A DNA stretch of 64,000 bases from an uncultured Eubacteriales bacterium (GTDB lineage Bacteria > Bacillota > Clostridia > Oscillospirales > Oscillospiraceae). The notes below the pieces were generated by a model. It worked only from the letters and a program-made list of their open reading frames with translations. It did no database searches and had not been told where the DNA came from. The DNA is taken from NCBI GenBank assembly GCA_900320465.1, contig ONSQ01000011.1, forward strand, positions 140 through 64,139, read 5' to 3'. The stretch's first letter is position 1. Each line of letters starts with the position of its first letter. Below are positions 36,475-46,512 of this stretch, piece by piece. The position numbers and the translations under genes are program-made.

Positions 36475-36521
36475 CGGAGGTTCCCGGGGCGCCATGGGCT
36501 CCCGGGAGCTTCCGCTTTTTT
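36475..36521 (+). terminator. Imperfect GC-rich hairpin with T-runs after the hexokinase-like gene
   Basis: ggaggttcccggggcgcc / gggctcccgggagcttcc followed by gcttttttt and cgcgttttttt. Confidence 0.55.
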
Positions 36522-36608
36522 TCGCGTTTTTTTGATTTAACTGTAGCATTGCGAAAAAGGCTGTGATATACTCATAAACAGAATTATTACAATGGGGGAT
36601 TATGAGAA

Positions 36609-37064
36609 ATGAAGTGCCCGTTCTGCGGTTATATCGACAGCAAGGTCATTGATTCGCGGCCGGCGGAGGAAGGCGCCACCATTCGCAGACGCAGAGAGTG
36701 TCTGGCCTGCCAGAAGCGTTTTACCACCTATGAGATCATCGAGCGTCTGCCGTTGGTGGTGATCAAACGCGACGGAAGCCGCCAGTCCTTTGACAAGGTC
36801 AAGCTGATCAACGGCATGGTGCGCGCATGTGAAAAGCGCCCGGTGACGCTCTCGCAGCTGGAGGCGATCGCCGATGAGATCGAGCAGGAGCTTCAGAGCG
36901 GCCTGGAGCGGGAGATCAGCACGGTGGACATCGGCGAGATGGTCATGGCGCGTCTCAAGGACGTGGACGAGGTGGCCTACGTACGCTTCGCCTCGGTGTA
37001 TCGCAGCTTCAAGGATATCAATACCTTTATGGAAGAGCTCTCGAAGCTGCTGACGGAGAAGTAA
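36609..37064 (+). CDS. nrdR: Transcriptional repressor NrdR
   Basis: 151 aa. Zinc ribbon MKCPFCGY...[16 protein letters not shown] followed by an ATP-cone. Confidence 0.95.
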   Translation: MKCPFCGYIDSKVIDSRPAEEGATIRRRRECLACQKRFTTYEIIERLPLVVIKRDGSRQSFDKVKLINGMVRACEKRPVTLSQLEAIADEIEQELQSGLEREISTVDIGEMVMARLKDVDEVAYVRFASVYRSFKDINTFMEELSKLLTEK

Positions 37065-37071
37065 GAGACGA

Positions 37072-37446
37072 TCAGAGAATGCTGCCCAGGTGGAGCTCGT
37101 CCATCCTTTCAATGCAGTCCAGATGGTACAGCAGGCGAAGATAGGATTCCCGGACGCTTTCGTCCCGGCGCAGCGCGGCAAGCAGCTCAAAAAACGCATC
37201 CGACACCGTATCGATCTCGCTGTGGCGAATCACAATATGGGTATAGCCCTCCGCGGCCTGCCAGAGCTTCATCGCCGTCTCCAATTCCGAGACGGCGAGC
37301 TCTCTGTCAGAGCGGTTCCAGGCCTCTGAAGACAGACAGATATGGGACTCGATGGCGTCCACCAGCGCGTCGAGCGCGTGGATATGGGCCAACAGCAGCG
37401 CCGCGATCAGGATCAGCAGCCCCAGCGCGATGATTTCCCGTTTCAC
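37072..37446 (-). CDS. DUF4363-like small membrane-anchored protein
   Basis: 124 aa with an N-terminal TM (IIALGLLILIAALLLAHI) and a helical remainder. A 4-nt overlap with the upstream DUF421 gene is the usual DUF421/DUF4363 pairing. Confidence 0.6.
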   Translation of the reverse strand: MKREIIALGLLILIAALLLAHIHALDALVDAIESHICLSSEAWNRSDRELAVSELETAMKLWQAAEGYTHIVIRHSEIDTVSDAFFELLAALRRDESVRESYLRLLYHLDCIERMDELHLGSIL

Positions 37447-38177
37447 GCTTGTTCCTCCTTGGGTACACAGTATACACGCCCGGCGCCATCCACGGTCATG
37501 AGAAAGATCCGCGTACTGTCGCCGCCGTACGGACGCAGCTGGCTGCGCAGCCAGGCATCGTCGTGGCCGGAGCGGGTGAGATTGGCTTTGATCAGACGAC
37601 CGTCGGAGATGAGGATGCGGGGATAACCGCAGTTCTCGGTTTTCACACCCAGATCGGCACAGGTCGCCGGGAGCTCGGAGGCATAGGGCAGAACACTGAG
37701 CTTGCCGTTTGTCTCCAGAAAGGCGTATTCGATGGAGGCAATGTCGCGGATGCCCAGGGCACGCAGCTCGGCGAGCAGCTCATCGAGCATGTAGCAGTTC
37801 CGGCGCATCTGGCGCTGATCGATCACACCGTGACGGATCAGCAGACTTGGCTCGCCGAAGAGCAGGGAGCGCAGACGAATGCTGCGCATGGTCAGGGAAG
37901 AGATCAGCATCTCGCAGCAGAAGAGCGTCAGAATGGGGATCACGCCGTTGAGCATCGGCATGCCGATATCCTGCAGGGGGTTGGCAGCCAGGTCCGCGAT
38001 CAGCGAGGCGATGAGAAATTCCGAGAGCTCCATTTCTCCCAACTGGCGTTTGCCCAGCAGCCGCAGAAAGAGATGTAACAGCGCGTAAATCAGCAGCGTG
38101 CGGATAAAAATAATGGCCAAGGACAGCTTCACCCCCAAGTAAACAATGATGAATGGCACGAGATGCCGATGTGTCAT
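37443..38177 (-). CDS. DUF421 (YetF/YrbG-like) membrane protein
   Basis: 244 aa. N-terminal TM helices, GKRQLGEMELSEFLIASLIADLAA, and a C-terminal soluble domain. Confidence 0.7.
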   Translation of the reverse strand: MTHRHLVPFIIVYLGVKLSLAIIFIRTLLIYALLHLFLRLLGKRQLGEMELSEFLIASLIADLAANPLQDIGMPMLNGVIPILTLFCCEMLISSLTMRSIRLRSLLFGEPSLLIRHGVIDQRQMRRNCYMLDELLAELRALGIRDIASIEYAFLETNGKLSVLPYASELPATCADLGVKTENCGYPRILISDGRLIKANLTRSGHDDAWLRSQLRPYGGDSTRIFLMTVDGAGRVYCVPKEEQA

Positions 38178-38242
38178 TGATCAGCGTTTACTTAGTATGC
38201 CCCATCGGAGCCCGTCCAATCCGGGGCCAAGGAGCGAAGAGA

Positions 38243-38941
38243 TTGAAAACGATCGTAGCGGGAAAAGAAGAATGCATCCGCAGGGCGGCCGGCGAATTGC
38301 TGGAGCTTGTGAAGGCGAAGAGCGACGCCGCGCTGGTAAGCAGCGCGGAACGGGACGAGCTGTGGGTGCTGGAGGCGTTTGTGCAGGAGGCAAAGGCGCA
38401 GGGCGTCTGTCTGGACAGGCTGAGAGTTTTCGCCGCCTGTGAATTTGAGGCCCCGGCGCGTGATAACAAGCTGAGCGTGCGCGCAAGACTCCTGGCGTGT
38501 CTGACGGCGGGCGGCATAAGGGAAGAAAACCTGTTTGCCCCCGGGGCGGACTGTGAGGCATACGACCGTCTGATCGAGGACGCGGGCGGGATCGATCTGG
38601 CGCTGCTGGGACTGGGGCTCAATGCGCGGGTGGCCTTTAACGAGCCCGCTACCCCTTACGACAGCCACACCCATACCCAGAAGCTGACGCGGCCCACCCG
38701 GGAGACGCTTTCGGCGCTATTCGGCGGAGTGGACAAGACCCCCGAACGGGGTGTGACGCTGGGCTTTCAGAATCTTTGCGCGGCGCGTCGGATTCTGGTG
38801 ATCGCCCTGGGCGAGGAGAAAAACAAAGCTGTGTACCGGATGCTGTACGGCCGCAACGACAGCATTTATCCGGCAGCCTTTCTGCAGCTGCCGCTGCAGG
38901 TGACGCTATACGCGGACGAAGAAGCGGCCAGAGGTATTTAG
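38243..38941 (+). CDS. Glucosamine-6-phosphate deaminase/6-phosphogluconolactonase-family protein
   Basis: I prefer the TTG at 38243, 8 nt after AAGGAG; the tracked start at 38153 would overlap the DUF421 gene. Motifs GIDLALLGLGLNARVAFNEP and ILVIALGEEKNKAV. Confidence 0.65.
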   Translation: MKTIVAGKEECIRRAAGELLELVKAKSDAALVSSAERDELWVLEAFVQEAKAQGVCLDRLRVFAACEFEAPARDNKLSVRARLLACLTAGGIREENLFAPGADCEAYDRLIEDAGGIDLALLGLGLNARVAFNEPATPYDSHTHTQKLTRPTRETLSALFGGVDKTPERGVTLGFQNLCAARRILVIALGEEKNKAVYRMLYGRNDSIYPAAFLQLPLQVTLYADEEAARGI

Positions 38942-39601
38942 GTGAGTGACGTTGAAATCCGGGTGCTGTATCAGGACGACGCGCTGCTCGTCTGCCGCAA
39001 GCCGACGGGCGTATCGTCCGAGGAGGGCGGCATGGGCCGGCTGCTTGCCGGGCAGGGACTGGGAACATGCTACTGCGTGCATCGGCTGGACAAGGGCGTG
39101 GGCGGACTGATGGTCTATGCCAGAAACGCCAGGGCCGCCGCTAGCCTGTCCGCGGCAATCGCGCGCGGGGACTTCCACAAAGAGTACCTGGCCGTCGTGC
39201 AGGGAAGACCGACCGGCGTGCAGGGCATGATGGAGGATCTGCTCTACCACGACGCACAGCGCAACAAGAGCTTTGTGGTCAAACGGCAGCGGCGCGGCGT
39301 CAAAGAGGCGCGTCTGCGCTATGAGCTGCTGGAAAGCATCGCCTTTGAGGGCAGAGAACTGAGCCTGGTACGGGTGGAGCTGCTGACAGGACGCAGCCAC
39401 CAGATCCGCGTTCAGTTTGCCTCGCGGGGGATGCCGCTTCTCGGGGACGCGCGCTACGGCAGCAGCTTCCGGGACTGTGAGATCGCCCTGTATGCCGCGG
39501 CGCTGCGCTTTGCGCACCCGGTCGGACAGCGCGAGCTTTCTTTCAACGACAACCCTCCGGACAGCTTCCCCTGGGGACTGTTTGGTTTACATAATTCTTG
39601 A
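38942..39601 (+). CDS. RluA-family pseudouridine synthase (no S4 domain)
   Basis: 219 aa with a GTG start. Catalytic HRLDKGVGGLMVYA and LLTGRSHQIRVQFA. Confidence 0.85.
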   Translation: MSDVEIRVLYQDDALLVCRKPTGVSSEEGGMGRLLAGQGLGTCYCVHRLDKGVGGLMVYARNARAAASLSAAIARGDFHKEYLAVVQGRPTGVQGMMEDLLYHDAQRNKSFVVKRQRRGVKEARLRYELLESIAFEGRELSLVRVELLTGRSHQIRVQFASRGMPLLGDARYGSSFRDCEIALYAAALRFAHPVGQRELSFNDNPPDSFPWGLFGLHNS

Positions 39602-39633
39602 CACCAATCCTTTTTTACTCGGAGGAAAAACGA

Positions 39634-41388
39634 GTGGATATTTCCAACATCATTACACTGCTGGGCGGAATCGCCCTGTTCCTCTTCGGCATGGGACTGA
39701 TGGGGGACGGACTGAAAAAGGTCGCCGGAAGCCAGATGGAGATCATTCTCTTTCGCCTGTCCGGCACGCCGCTGAAGGCGCTGCTGCTCGGCGCGGGCGC
39801 AACCGCGGTGATCCAGTCCTCGTCCGCCACATCGGTCATGGTCGTGGGCTTTGTCAACTCCGGCATGATGACGACCCGCCAGGCGCTGAGCGTCATCCAC
39901 GGCGCGCTTATCGGCACCAGCATCACCGGCTGGATCATCTGTCTTTCTTATCTGGGGGAGAGCGGGCTGGCTTCGCTGCTGTCCACCTCCACCATCGCAG
40001 CGGTGTTCGCCGTGATCGGCATCGCGATGCGCATGATCGGCAAAAAGCCCCAGCAAAAGCATATGGGCGATATCCTGCTGGGCTTCACCGTGCTGATGTA
40101 CGGCATGCAGTCCATGAGCGGCGCGGTTTCTCCGCTGAAGGAGAGCCAGGAGTTCATTTCGCTGCTCACCACCTTCTCCCATCCGCTGGTCGGCATCCTG
40201 GTGGGCGCGGTGTTTACCGCCATCCTGCAGAGCGCGTCCGCCGCGGTCGGTATCCTGCAGGCCCTCTCCGCCACCGGAGCCATCAGCTTTTCGGTGGCGT
40301 ATCCCATCATCCTCGGCATCGCCGTCGGCGCGTCGGTGCCGGTGCTGCTCTCGTCCATCGGCGCAAAGGTCGACGGTCGGCGGACCGCTTTCCTCTACCT
40401 CTTCGTTGAGGCGGTGGCGGCGGTGCTGTTCGCGGCGCTCTATTACGCCATTGACGCCATTGTGGGACTGGGCATCGGCGGACGGATCATGGATCCCTTC
40501 TCGATCGCTGCGGTCAACACCGCCTTCCGCGTGGCTACGGCCATGGTGCTGATGCCCTTTAACCGGCGCTTTATCGCCGCGGCAGAGAAGCTTATCCGCA
40601 TCAGCCAGAGCGAGGTGAACGAGAACGCCGCCTTCGCCAGACTGGACGAGCGCTTCCTGACCCACCCCGAGCTGGCGCTGGAGCAGAGCAGGCTGACCGT
40701 CAACGATATGGCTTCCGCGGCGGTGGAGAACTTCCGCGCTTCCGCGGCGCTGGTGAAGAATTACTCCGCCGAGGGCTTTGCCGCGATCGAGCGGCGCGAA
40801 AACCTGGTCGATGAGTTCGAGGATAAGATCGGAACGTATCTGGTCAAGCTCAATATCCGCGAGCTGAGCGAAAAGCAGAATGAGAACGCGTCCAAGTTCC
40901 TGACCACCATCAGCGACTTCGAGCGTATCAGCGACCACGCCATGAACACAGCCGAGGTCGCGCAGAAAATGAACGAAAAGAAGATCACCTTCTCCGGCGA
41001 CGCCCTGCGGGAGATCGACGTGCTCGTCAGCGCTGTGGAGGAGATCCTGACACTCTCCGTCGAGGCGTTTGAGAATGATGATCTGGATAAGGCGTACGCG
41101 GTCGAGCCGCTGGAGGAGCGCATCGACGAGCTGTGCGACGAGATGAAGCTGCATCACGTTTCGCGGCTGCAGAGCGGGATCTGCACACTGGATCAAGGCT
41201 TTGCCTTCAACGATCTCATCACCAACTTCGAACGCGTGGCGGACCACTGCTCCAACCTGGCGGTCGCTATGATCGAGCTCAACCGGGACGACTTCGATAC
41301 CCACGGGTATATCCTCAATCTGAAGGAGCTGCACGCACACCGCTTTGACGAATACTACGACAAGTATTCGGAGAAATACAAAATCTAA
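39634..41388 (+). CDS. Na/Pi-cotransporter-family protein with C-terminal PhoU-like repeats
   Basis: GTG at 39634, 8 nt after GGAGG. LLGGIALFLFGMGLMGDGLKK and QSSSATSVMVVGFV, then a second repeat (LQSASAAVGILQAL). A helical PhoU-like C-terminus follows. Confidence 0.85.
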   Translation: MDISNIITLLGGIALFLFGMGLMGDGLKKVAGSQMEIILFRLSGTPLKALLLGAGATAVIQSSSATSVMVVGFVNSGMMTTRQALSVIHGALIGTSITGWIICLSYLGESGLASLLSTSTIAAVFAVIGIAMRMIGKKPQQKHMGDILLGFTVLMYGMQSMSGAVSPLKESQEFISLLTTFSHPLVGILVGAVFTAILQSASAAVGILQALSATGAISFSVAYPIILGIAVGASVPVLLSSIGAKVDGRRTAFLYLFVEAVAAVLFAALYYAIDAIVGLGIGGRIMDPFSIAAVNTAFRVATAMVLMPFNRRFIAAAEKLIRISQSEVNENAAFARLDERFLTHPELALEQSRLTVNDMASAAVENFRASAALVKNYSAEGFAAIERRENLVDEFEDKIGTYLVKLNIRELSEKQNENASKFLTTISDFERISDHAMNTAEVAQKMNEKKITFSGDALREIDVLVSAVEEILTLSVEAFENDDLDKAYAVEPLEERIDELCDEMKLHHVSRLQSGICTLDQGFAFNDLITNFERVADHCSNLAVAMIELNRDDFDTHGYILNLKELHAHRFDEYYDKYSEKYKI

Positions 41389-41391
41389 ACG

Positions 41392-41443
41392 CTGAAAACA
41401 GCGGCGGCGATCCCGATTGGGATCGCCGCTGCTGTTTTCAGCT
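41392..41443. terminator. 24-bp bidirectional hairpin between convergent Na/Pi and dus genes
   Basis: gctgaaaacagcggcggcgatccc-gatt-gggatcgccgctgctgttttcagc, with one G-U pair. It overlaps the dus stop codon. Confidence 0.75.
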
Positions 41444-42397
41444 CTGCCGGAAGCCAGCGCTGCCGTCGAAGGGGCAGGTTTCGAACAGAAGGGAAGCGCG
41501 GGCGGACAGCTCGTCCGTGTCGCGCGCTTTTAAGAGGGCTTTGTATGGCCGGGTACAGTCAGAGAAAAGGGAAATGAAATAGTACCAGTGCTCCTTCATG
41601 CGCGAGGCGGTGTAGTGAGGACTGAGGCCGGAGGCGGCATAGGCCTGACAGAGCGCGACGTGGAAGGAGCGAAACTCAGAAAGGCTCAGCGGCTCACCGC
41701 CGTGCAGCAGACGGAAAAGCGCGGGGTTGGCGGCCGCGCCGCGGCCCAGCATCACTGCGTCAAGGGTGGGGAAACGACGCCTCAGGCGGGCGTAATCGTC
41801 AACAGTGAAAATGTTGCCGTTATAAGTCACCGGGAAGGGAGCGCCGCAAAGGGCACGGGAGAAGGCGTCCCAGTCCGGCTTGCTTTTATAATAGCCCTCC
41901 CGGTCGCGGGCATGGAGGATCAGCTCGCGGATCGGGTACTGGCGGTAGATCGCCATCAGTGCGTCGATTTCGTCGGGAGAGGAAAAGCCCAGACGGCTTT
42001 TCACGCTGATCGCCACGGGACTGCGGCTGAAAATGTCGGCCAGGAGCGCGTCCAGGGCCGGAAGGTCCCGCAGCTGGCCGGAGCCCTTGTTCTTGGACAC
42101 CACGGTAGCCGAGGGACAGCCCAGGTTCAGGTTGACCTCTTCGTAGCCGAGGTCCGCGGCCTGGCGAGCCACAGAGAGAAAGACCTCGGCGTTATTGACG
42201 AGAAACTGGGGAACAAGCGGGATGCCGCAGTTGTTCTCCGGCAGGATCGCGCGCAGGAGCGAGCTTTTGAAGCTGCCCTTGCTGTCCGGGGCAATGAAGG
42301 GCGTATAGTACAGATCCGCTTCGGGGAAAAAGTCGCGGTGCACGCGGCGAAAAACCGCGGACGTGACGCCCTCCATGGGGGCGAAGGTAAGGCGCAT
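41438..42397 (-). CDS. tRNA-dihydrouridine synthase family protein
   Basis: ATG at 42397 (MRLTFAPMEGVTSAVFRRV) with GGAG 9 nt upstream. Dus-type TIM barrel, with NLNLGCPS carrying the catalytic Cys. Confidence 0.85.
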   Translation of the reverse strand: MRLTFAPMEGVTSAVFRRVHRDFFPEADLYYTPFIAPDSKGSFKSSLLRAILPENNCGIPLVPQFLVNNAEVFLSVARQAADLGYEEVNLNLGCPSATVVSKNKGSGQLRDLPALDALLADIFSRSPVAISVKSRLGFSSPDEIDALMAIYRQYPIRELILHARDREGYYKSKPDWDAFSRALCGAPFPVTYNGNIFTVDDYARLRRRFPTLDAVMLGRGAAANPALFRLLHGGEPLSLSEFRSFHVALCQAYAASGLSPHYTASRMKEHWYYFISLFSDCTRPYKALLKARDTDELSARASLLFETCPFDGSAGFRQS

Positions 42398-42525
42398 AGT
42401 ATCATCTCCGGGGAGATCATAGCATACTTTTTCCAAAGTGACAAAGAATTTTCTGGCGTGTACATGAATTCTTCATATTTATCCGTTAAGCTAAATCAAT
42501 AAGACTGTTTACGGAGGGGATCGCT

Positions 42526-44298
42526 TTGCGCCATCCGGCTTTGACGCGCTTTTTCGCCGCTTTTCTCGCGGTCGTCAGCGTGTTGACGCTCCTGTCGGGC
42601 GGCATCTGCATCAAGAAGGCCGCAGATACGAGGCAACAACAGAATAACGCGATCACCCTGCTGACTTCCCGCTGCGCCGAGGCCAGGGAACTGGAGACAG
42701 AACTGGAGGCAATGCGCGAGGAATATGACGCGCTGGAGACGGCGCATGAAGAACTCAGCGAAAGCTACGGAAAGGAAATGCTGAGCTACCGCAAGGATCT
42801 GGCCATTTACACGGCAACAGAGGCCGGACTCAAGCAGGGGGCGGCCCAGATCGAAGAGGGCTACAAGGGCCTTCGCATGGGCTGGATCGCCCATGACAAC
42901 GGCTTGAAGGCTATCGAGGAGGCAGAGGCCCAGTTCGAGCCGGGCTATCAGGAATACCTGGCCGGAAAAGCCGCACTGGCGGACGGCTGGCAGAAGTATT
43001 ATCTGGCAGAGGAATATGTGCAAAGCGGGGCGGACATTGAAAGCCAGAAGGCTTTGATCGTCTCCGGCGCCGCGCTGAGCCGCGCCTTATCCACATCCAT
43101 GGGTGCGTTGGAGGACACGCTGAACCATCCTCCCGTGGACAGCGAAACCGGTGAAATAGACCGGGAGGCGCTTGCACAGCAATTGGAGGCGCAGAGCGCG
43201 GCGGTGCTGCAGGAGCTTGCACAGAGCGAAGAGCTGCGCGCCTCCGCCCAGACTGCTTTTGAGAGCGTGCAGCAGTTTATCAGCGCCAACGGCGAGACGC
43301 TTGCCGATCTGGTGGCGCAGGGCTTTAGCCCGGAAGAGGTACAGGCGTATATCAGCCGGCAGGGGGCTGCGGCTCAGGCGCAGCTGGCCAGCGCCCAGAA
43401 GCTGCTGGGCGAGCTGCAAAACGCGCAGGGCAATGAGAGTGCGCTGATTTCAGAGTTGGAGGCACTGCGCGACGGAGCGGCCGCCATTGCAGAAGGAGAA
43501 CTGAGTGATTCCGAGCTGGTGGCGACACTCTCCGGTATGCTCGCTGCGGAAAGAGCGCTCTTATCTGACGGAGCCCTGACGCTGGACGGCGTGGGCGAGC
43601 TGATGAATATGTTGCAGGATCTGCCGGCGATGAAGGCTCAACTGGAGGCGGCCCAGGCGGCGCTGGAAGAGGGCGAGCCGCTGCTGCTGATGGCCAAAGA
43701 AGGCTTCGCGGAGGGCAGAAAGCAGCTGGACGCTGCCAAGGAGACGCTGATATTCGCCGAAGCACAGCTGATCGCGGGAAGAAAAGCACTGGAGGAAAAA
43801 AAGGCCGAGCAGGAGGAGACGCTGGCCTCGCTCAACGAGAGAAAGGCGGCGCTGGAGGAAAACTCGCACACGCTGGCCTTACAGAGTGAGCAGCTTGCCC
43901 TGTACACGGAAAAGAAGGATCGTTTCAGCAATCTGCGCTATGCGCTGCTGGCCAATGACGGCGTGGCGGAAAAGGCCCGCACTGGCGCGGGTCTGATCGA
44001 AGCAGCGGAACAGGAGATCGACCTCGAGAGTGAGGCGCGGGACCGGGAGTTTTCTTTCCGCCTGATCGCTGCCGTGTTGATGCTGTGCGCCGCGCTGTGC
44101 GGCGCGCTGACGGTTGCTGCCGCTTTCCGTGACAAGGTCGGCGGGAAACTGCTGATACCTGCGAGCCTTGCGGTGATGCTGAGCGCGGCGGCCGAAGTAG
44201 TCAGCGTACTGGCACAGCGGGGGCTGATCTATACAGTTTTGTTTGTCGGCCTCTTCGCGCTTGGCGTGCTGGGGATCAATCTGAAAAAAGCATCCTGA
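42526..44298 (+). CDS. Hypothetical membrane protein: N-terminal TM, ~480-aa coiled coil with L-x-x-G heptad-like repeats, C-terminal multi-TM anchor
   Basis: TTG start 6 nt after GGAGGGG. FFAAFLAVVSVLTLLSGG, then repeats such as LKQGAAQIEEGYKGL, YLAGKAALADGWQK and LEEGEPLLLMAKEGFAEGRKQL. About three C-terminal hydrophobic spans. Confidence 0.6.
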   Translation: MRHPALTRFFAAFLAVVSVLTLLSGGICIKKAADTRQQQNNAITLLTSRCAEARELETELEAMREEYDALETAHEELSESYGKEMLSYRKDLAIYTATEAGLKQGAAQIEEGYKGLRMGWIAHDNGLKAIEEAEAQFEPGYQEYLAGKAALADGWQKYYLAEEYVQSGADIESQKALIVSGAALSRALSTSMGALEDTLNHPPVDSETGEIDREALAQQLEAQSAAVLQELAQSEELRASAQTAFESVQQFISANGETLADLVAQGFSPEEVQAYISRQGAAAQAQLASAQKLLGELQNAQGNESALISELEALRDGAAAIAEGELSDSELVATLSGMLAAERALLSDGALTLDGVGELMNMLQDLPAMKAQLEAAQAALEEGEPLLLMAKEGFAEGRKQLDAAKETLIFAEAQLIAGRKALEEKKAEQEETLASLNERKAALEENSHTLALQSEQLALYTEKKDRFSNLRYALLANDGVAEKARTGAGLIEAAEQEIDLESEARDREFSFRLIAAVLMLCAALCGALTVAAAFRDKVGGKLLIPASLAVMLSAAAEVVSVLAQRGLIYTVLFVGLFALGVLGINLKKAS

Positions 44299-44316
44299 AA
44301 AAAGAGAATACCGAAT

Positions 44317-44350
44317 AAACCGGACCGTTTAGACGGTCCGGTTTTTGATT
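44317..44350. terminator. Bidirectional rho-independent terminator
   Basis: aaaccggaccgt-ttag-acggtccggttt followed by ttgattt. Lies between convergent genes. Confidence 0.8.
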
Positions 44351-44419
44351 TGGGAAGAGGGGAGGCTCAAACGCTCCCCGGTGCGGTCGTGTGCGCAGCA
44401 GAGAAGGGGAAAGAAACGA

Positions 44420-45706
44420 TCAGGCGGGAAATGATCTGGCAAAGACGGCGCGTCCGGAGTCTGTGTTATCGCTCCTGGAAGGCAGCGCGTCGAGCGCAGA
44501 GAGGATCTGGGCGGCGCGCTCATCCCAGGTATTGGCCTGCGCTTCGCTGTGCAGCGATTCGAGCAGGACGGGATCACGGCGCCGATGCAGCAGTTCCTCG
44601 GCTTTGGCCAAGAAGTCCGAAAGACCGTGATAGCGCGCTACGCTGCGGTACTGACGACACTCGTCCATGTCCGAGGTCAGGATCGGCTTTTGCGCCGCCA
44701 TATACTCGAAGAGCTTGACCGGCGAGGTGGAGCGCGTGACATCGTTGAGCACGAAGGGAATGAGGGCCAGATCGAAGAGCTTTAAATAGGAGGGCAGGCG
44801 CGAATAGGGCTGGGGAGGGATCCAGAGCACATTCGGGCTTTTGAGCAGACCGCTCTTTTTCAGCGTTCCGTCATAATCCATCCCCACAAGCAGAAACAGC
44901 CAGTCGGGTCTGGCCCGAGCCGCGGCCGAAAGCAGCGGGTAGTCGAACCAGGAGGCCAGGGCACCGTAATAACCCAGCGTGAAGCGATAGCGTGCAGAGG
45001 CCGCGGCGGCCTCGGGCGCGTCCGGCGCGGAGGCTGTGGCGCTGAAAAAAGGATAATCCCCGGCATTGGGACTGAGAAGGACGCGCGGACTAAGAGCCCG
45101 CGCTTTTTCATAGAGCGCCCTCGCCGTGCAGACGGTGAGGTCCGCGCGCTTCAGGAGCGCGGCGTGGTCCCGCTCCATGGTCTCGTCATAGCCGTCGAAG
45201 ATGCTCAGCTCGTCGATATACTCATAGATGACCCGATCAGGTCGGAGCAGAGGCAGATAGCGCTTGTTGGCCGTCCAGCTCAGGGAGAGCACCTTTTGGC
45301 GCGCATCTTGCAGGAGGGCGGGCAGCTCGCACGCCAGCGATGCGTTGACGAGCAGCAGCGAGGGGCTGAGCGCTTCCATGACGGAGACATGGTCGAAGCG
45401 GGTGTTTGCCGTGAGGTACAGGACCAGCGTATCTGGCCGCCGACTGTATGCCCGCGCCAGCTGCTGGGGTCGCTGGTAGAGCGGCAGATGGTAGTCCAGC
45501 GTGGGTGGAAAGAGAATCACACGCTTGCCGGATGTGCGTCCGGCAAGCGCAGCGCGAAGGGCGCGGCGTTTTCTCCCTGCGGAAAGTGGGGCAAGGAGGA
45601 CAGACACAGCGCGGGACATCTCCCGATGCAAAGCACGGAAGCGCAGGTGAAGCAGATGACCGGCCATACGGCGCAGGACGCGCAGAATACGGGATAATTC
45701 AGGCAT
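44420..45706 (-). CDS. GT-B-type glycosyltransferase (family-1/TuaH-like)
   Basis: ATG at 45706 (MPELSRIL..) with AAGGAG upstream; the longer tracked start would overlap the ABC ATPase gene. C-terminal STSPVKLFEYMAAQKPILTS resembles the GT-B E-x7-E region. Confidence 0.6.
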   Translation of the reverse strand: MPELSRILRVLRRMAGHLLHLRFRALHREMSRAVSVLLAPLSAGRKRRALRAALAGRTSGKRVILFPPTLDYHLPLYQRPQQLARAYSRRPDTLVLYLTANTRFDHVSVMEALSPSLLLVNASLACELPALLQDARQKVLSLSWTANKRYLPLLRPDRVIYEYIDELSIFDGYDETMERDHAALLKRADLTVCTARALYEKARALSPRVLLSPNAGDYPFFSATASAPDAPEAAAASARYRFTLGYYGALASWFDYPLLSAAARARPDWLFLLVGMDYDGTLKKSGLLKSPNVLWIPPQPYSRLPSYLKLFDLALIPFVLNDVTRSTSPVKLFEYMAAQKPILTSDMDECRQYRSVARYHGLSDFLAKAEELLHRRRDPVLLESLHSEAQANTWDERAAQILSALDALPSRSDNTDSGRAVFARSFPA

Positions 45707-45717
45707 ACAACGACTCC

Positions 45718-46500
45718 TTAACACAGCTCTTCTTCCGGCGCGTCGGGCACCGGCTGCCCCAGAGCGGCGGAGCGATAGTGTGCGCAGACAAGCTGGCTTG
45801 GCCCCTCTTCCCGTAAAACGCCGTGGTCCAGCCAAAGGGCGCGGGAACACATGCCGCAGATCTGCTCCAGCGAGTGGGAGACAAAGAGAACTGTGGTGCC
45901 GCCACCGATCATGGCGCGCATCTTTTCGGCGCTTTTGCGCTGGAAGGCCGTATCGCCCACAGAGAGGATCTCGTCCACGATGAGGATCTCAGGCTCCACC
46001 TGGACAGCGATGGAAAAGGCCAACCTGGCGCTCATGCCGGAGGAAAAATTCTGGACGGGCACGTCCAGAAAGGCGTGGAGCTCGGAAAAGTCCACGATCG
46101 CGTCAAAGCGGCTTTGCAGAAAGTCGCGGGAATAGCCCATGATGGCGCCGGAGAGAAGGATGTTCTCCCGCGCGGTCAGCTGGGGGTCAAAGCCGGCGCC
46201 CAGCTCGATCATGGGGCAGATGCTGCCGCTGCAGCGCACATGGCCCCGAGTGGGCTTCATGACGCCGGCAAGGAGCTTGAGCAGCGTGGACTTGCCCGCA
46301 CCGTTGCTGCCCACAAGACCCACCACCTCGCCGCGGCCGACGGTAAAGCTGACGTCGCGCAAGGCCCAGAATTCCTGCGGCGCCTTGTGTTTGCGGAGGG
46401 CCGCGTCAACAAACCACTGCTTGAGGGACAGACTTTTTTCCATCCCGAGATTGAAGCGCATGGAGAGAGAATCTGCTTCGATCATCCAAGAGTCCAGCAT
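45718..46500 (-). CDS. Polysaccharide/teichoic-acid export ABC transporter ATP-binding protein (TagH/Wzt-like, no C-terminal domain)
   Basis: 260 aa. Walker A GSNGAGKSTLLK, signature FSSGMSARLAF, Walker B ILIVDEILSVGD. Confidence 0.9.
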   Translation of the reverse strand: MLDSWMIEADSLSMRFNLGMEKSLSLKQWFVDAALRKHKAPQEFWALRDVSFTVGRGEVVGLVGSNGAGKSTLLKLLAGVMKPTRGHVRCSGSICPMIELGAGFDPQLTARENILLSGAIMGYSRDFLQSRFDAIVDFSELHAFLDVPVQNFSSGMSARLAFSIAVQVEPEILIVDEILSVGDTAFQRKSAEKMRAMIGGGTTVLFVSHSLEQICGMCSRALWLDHGVLREEGPSQLVCAHYRSAALGQPVPDAPEEELC

Positions 46501-46512
46501 AGGCGTCCCTCC

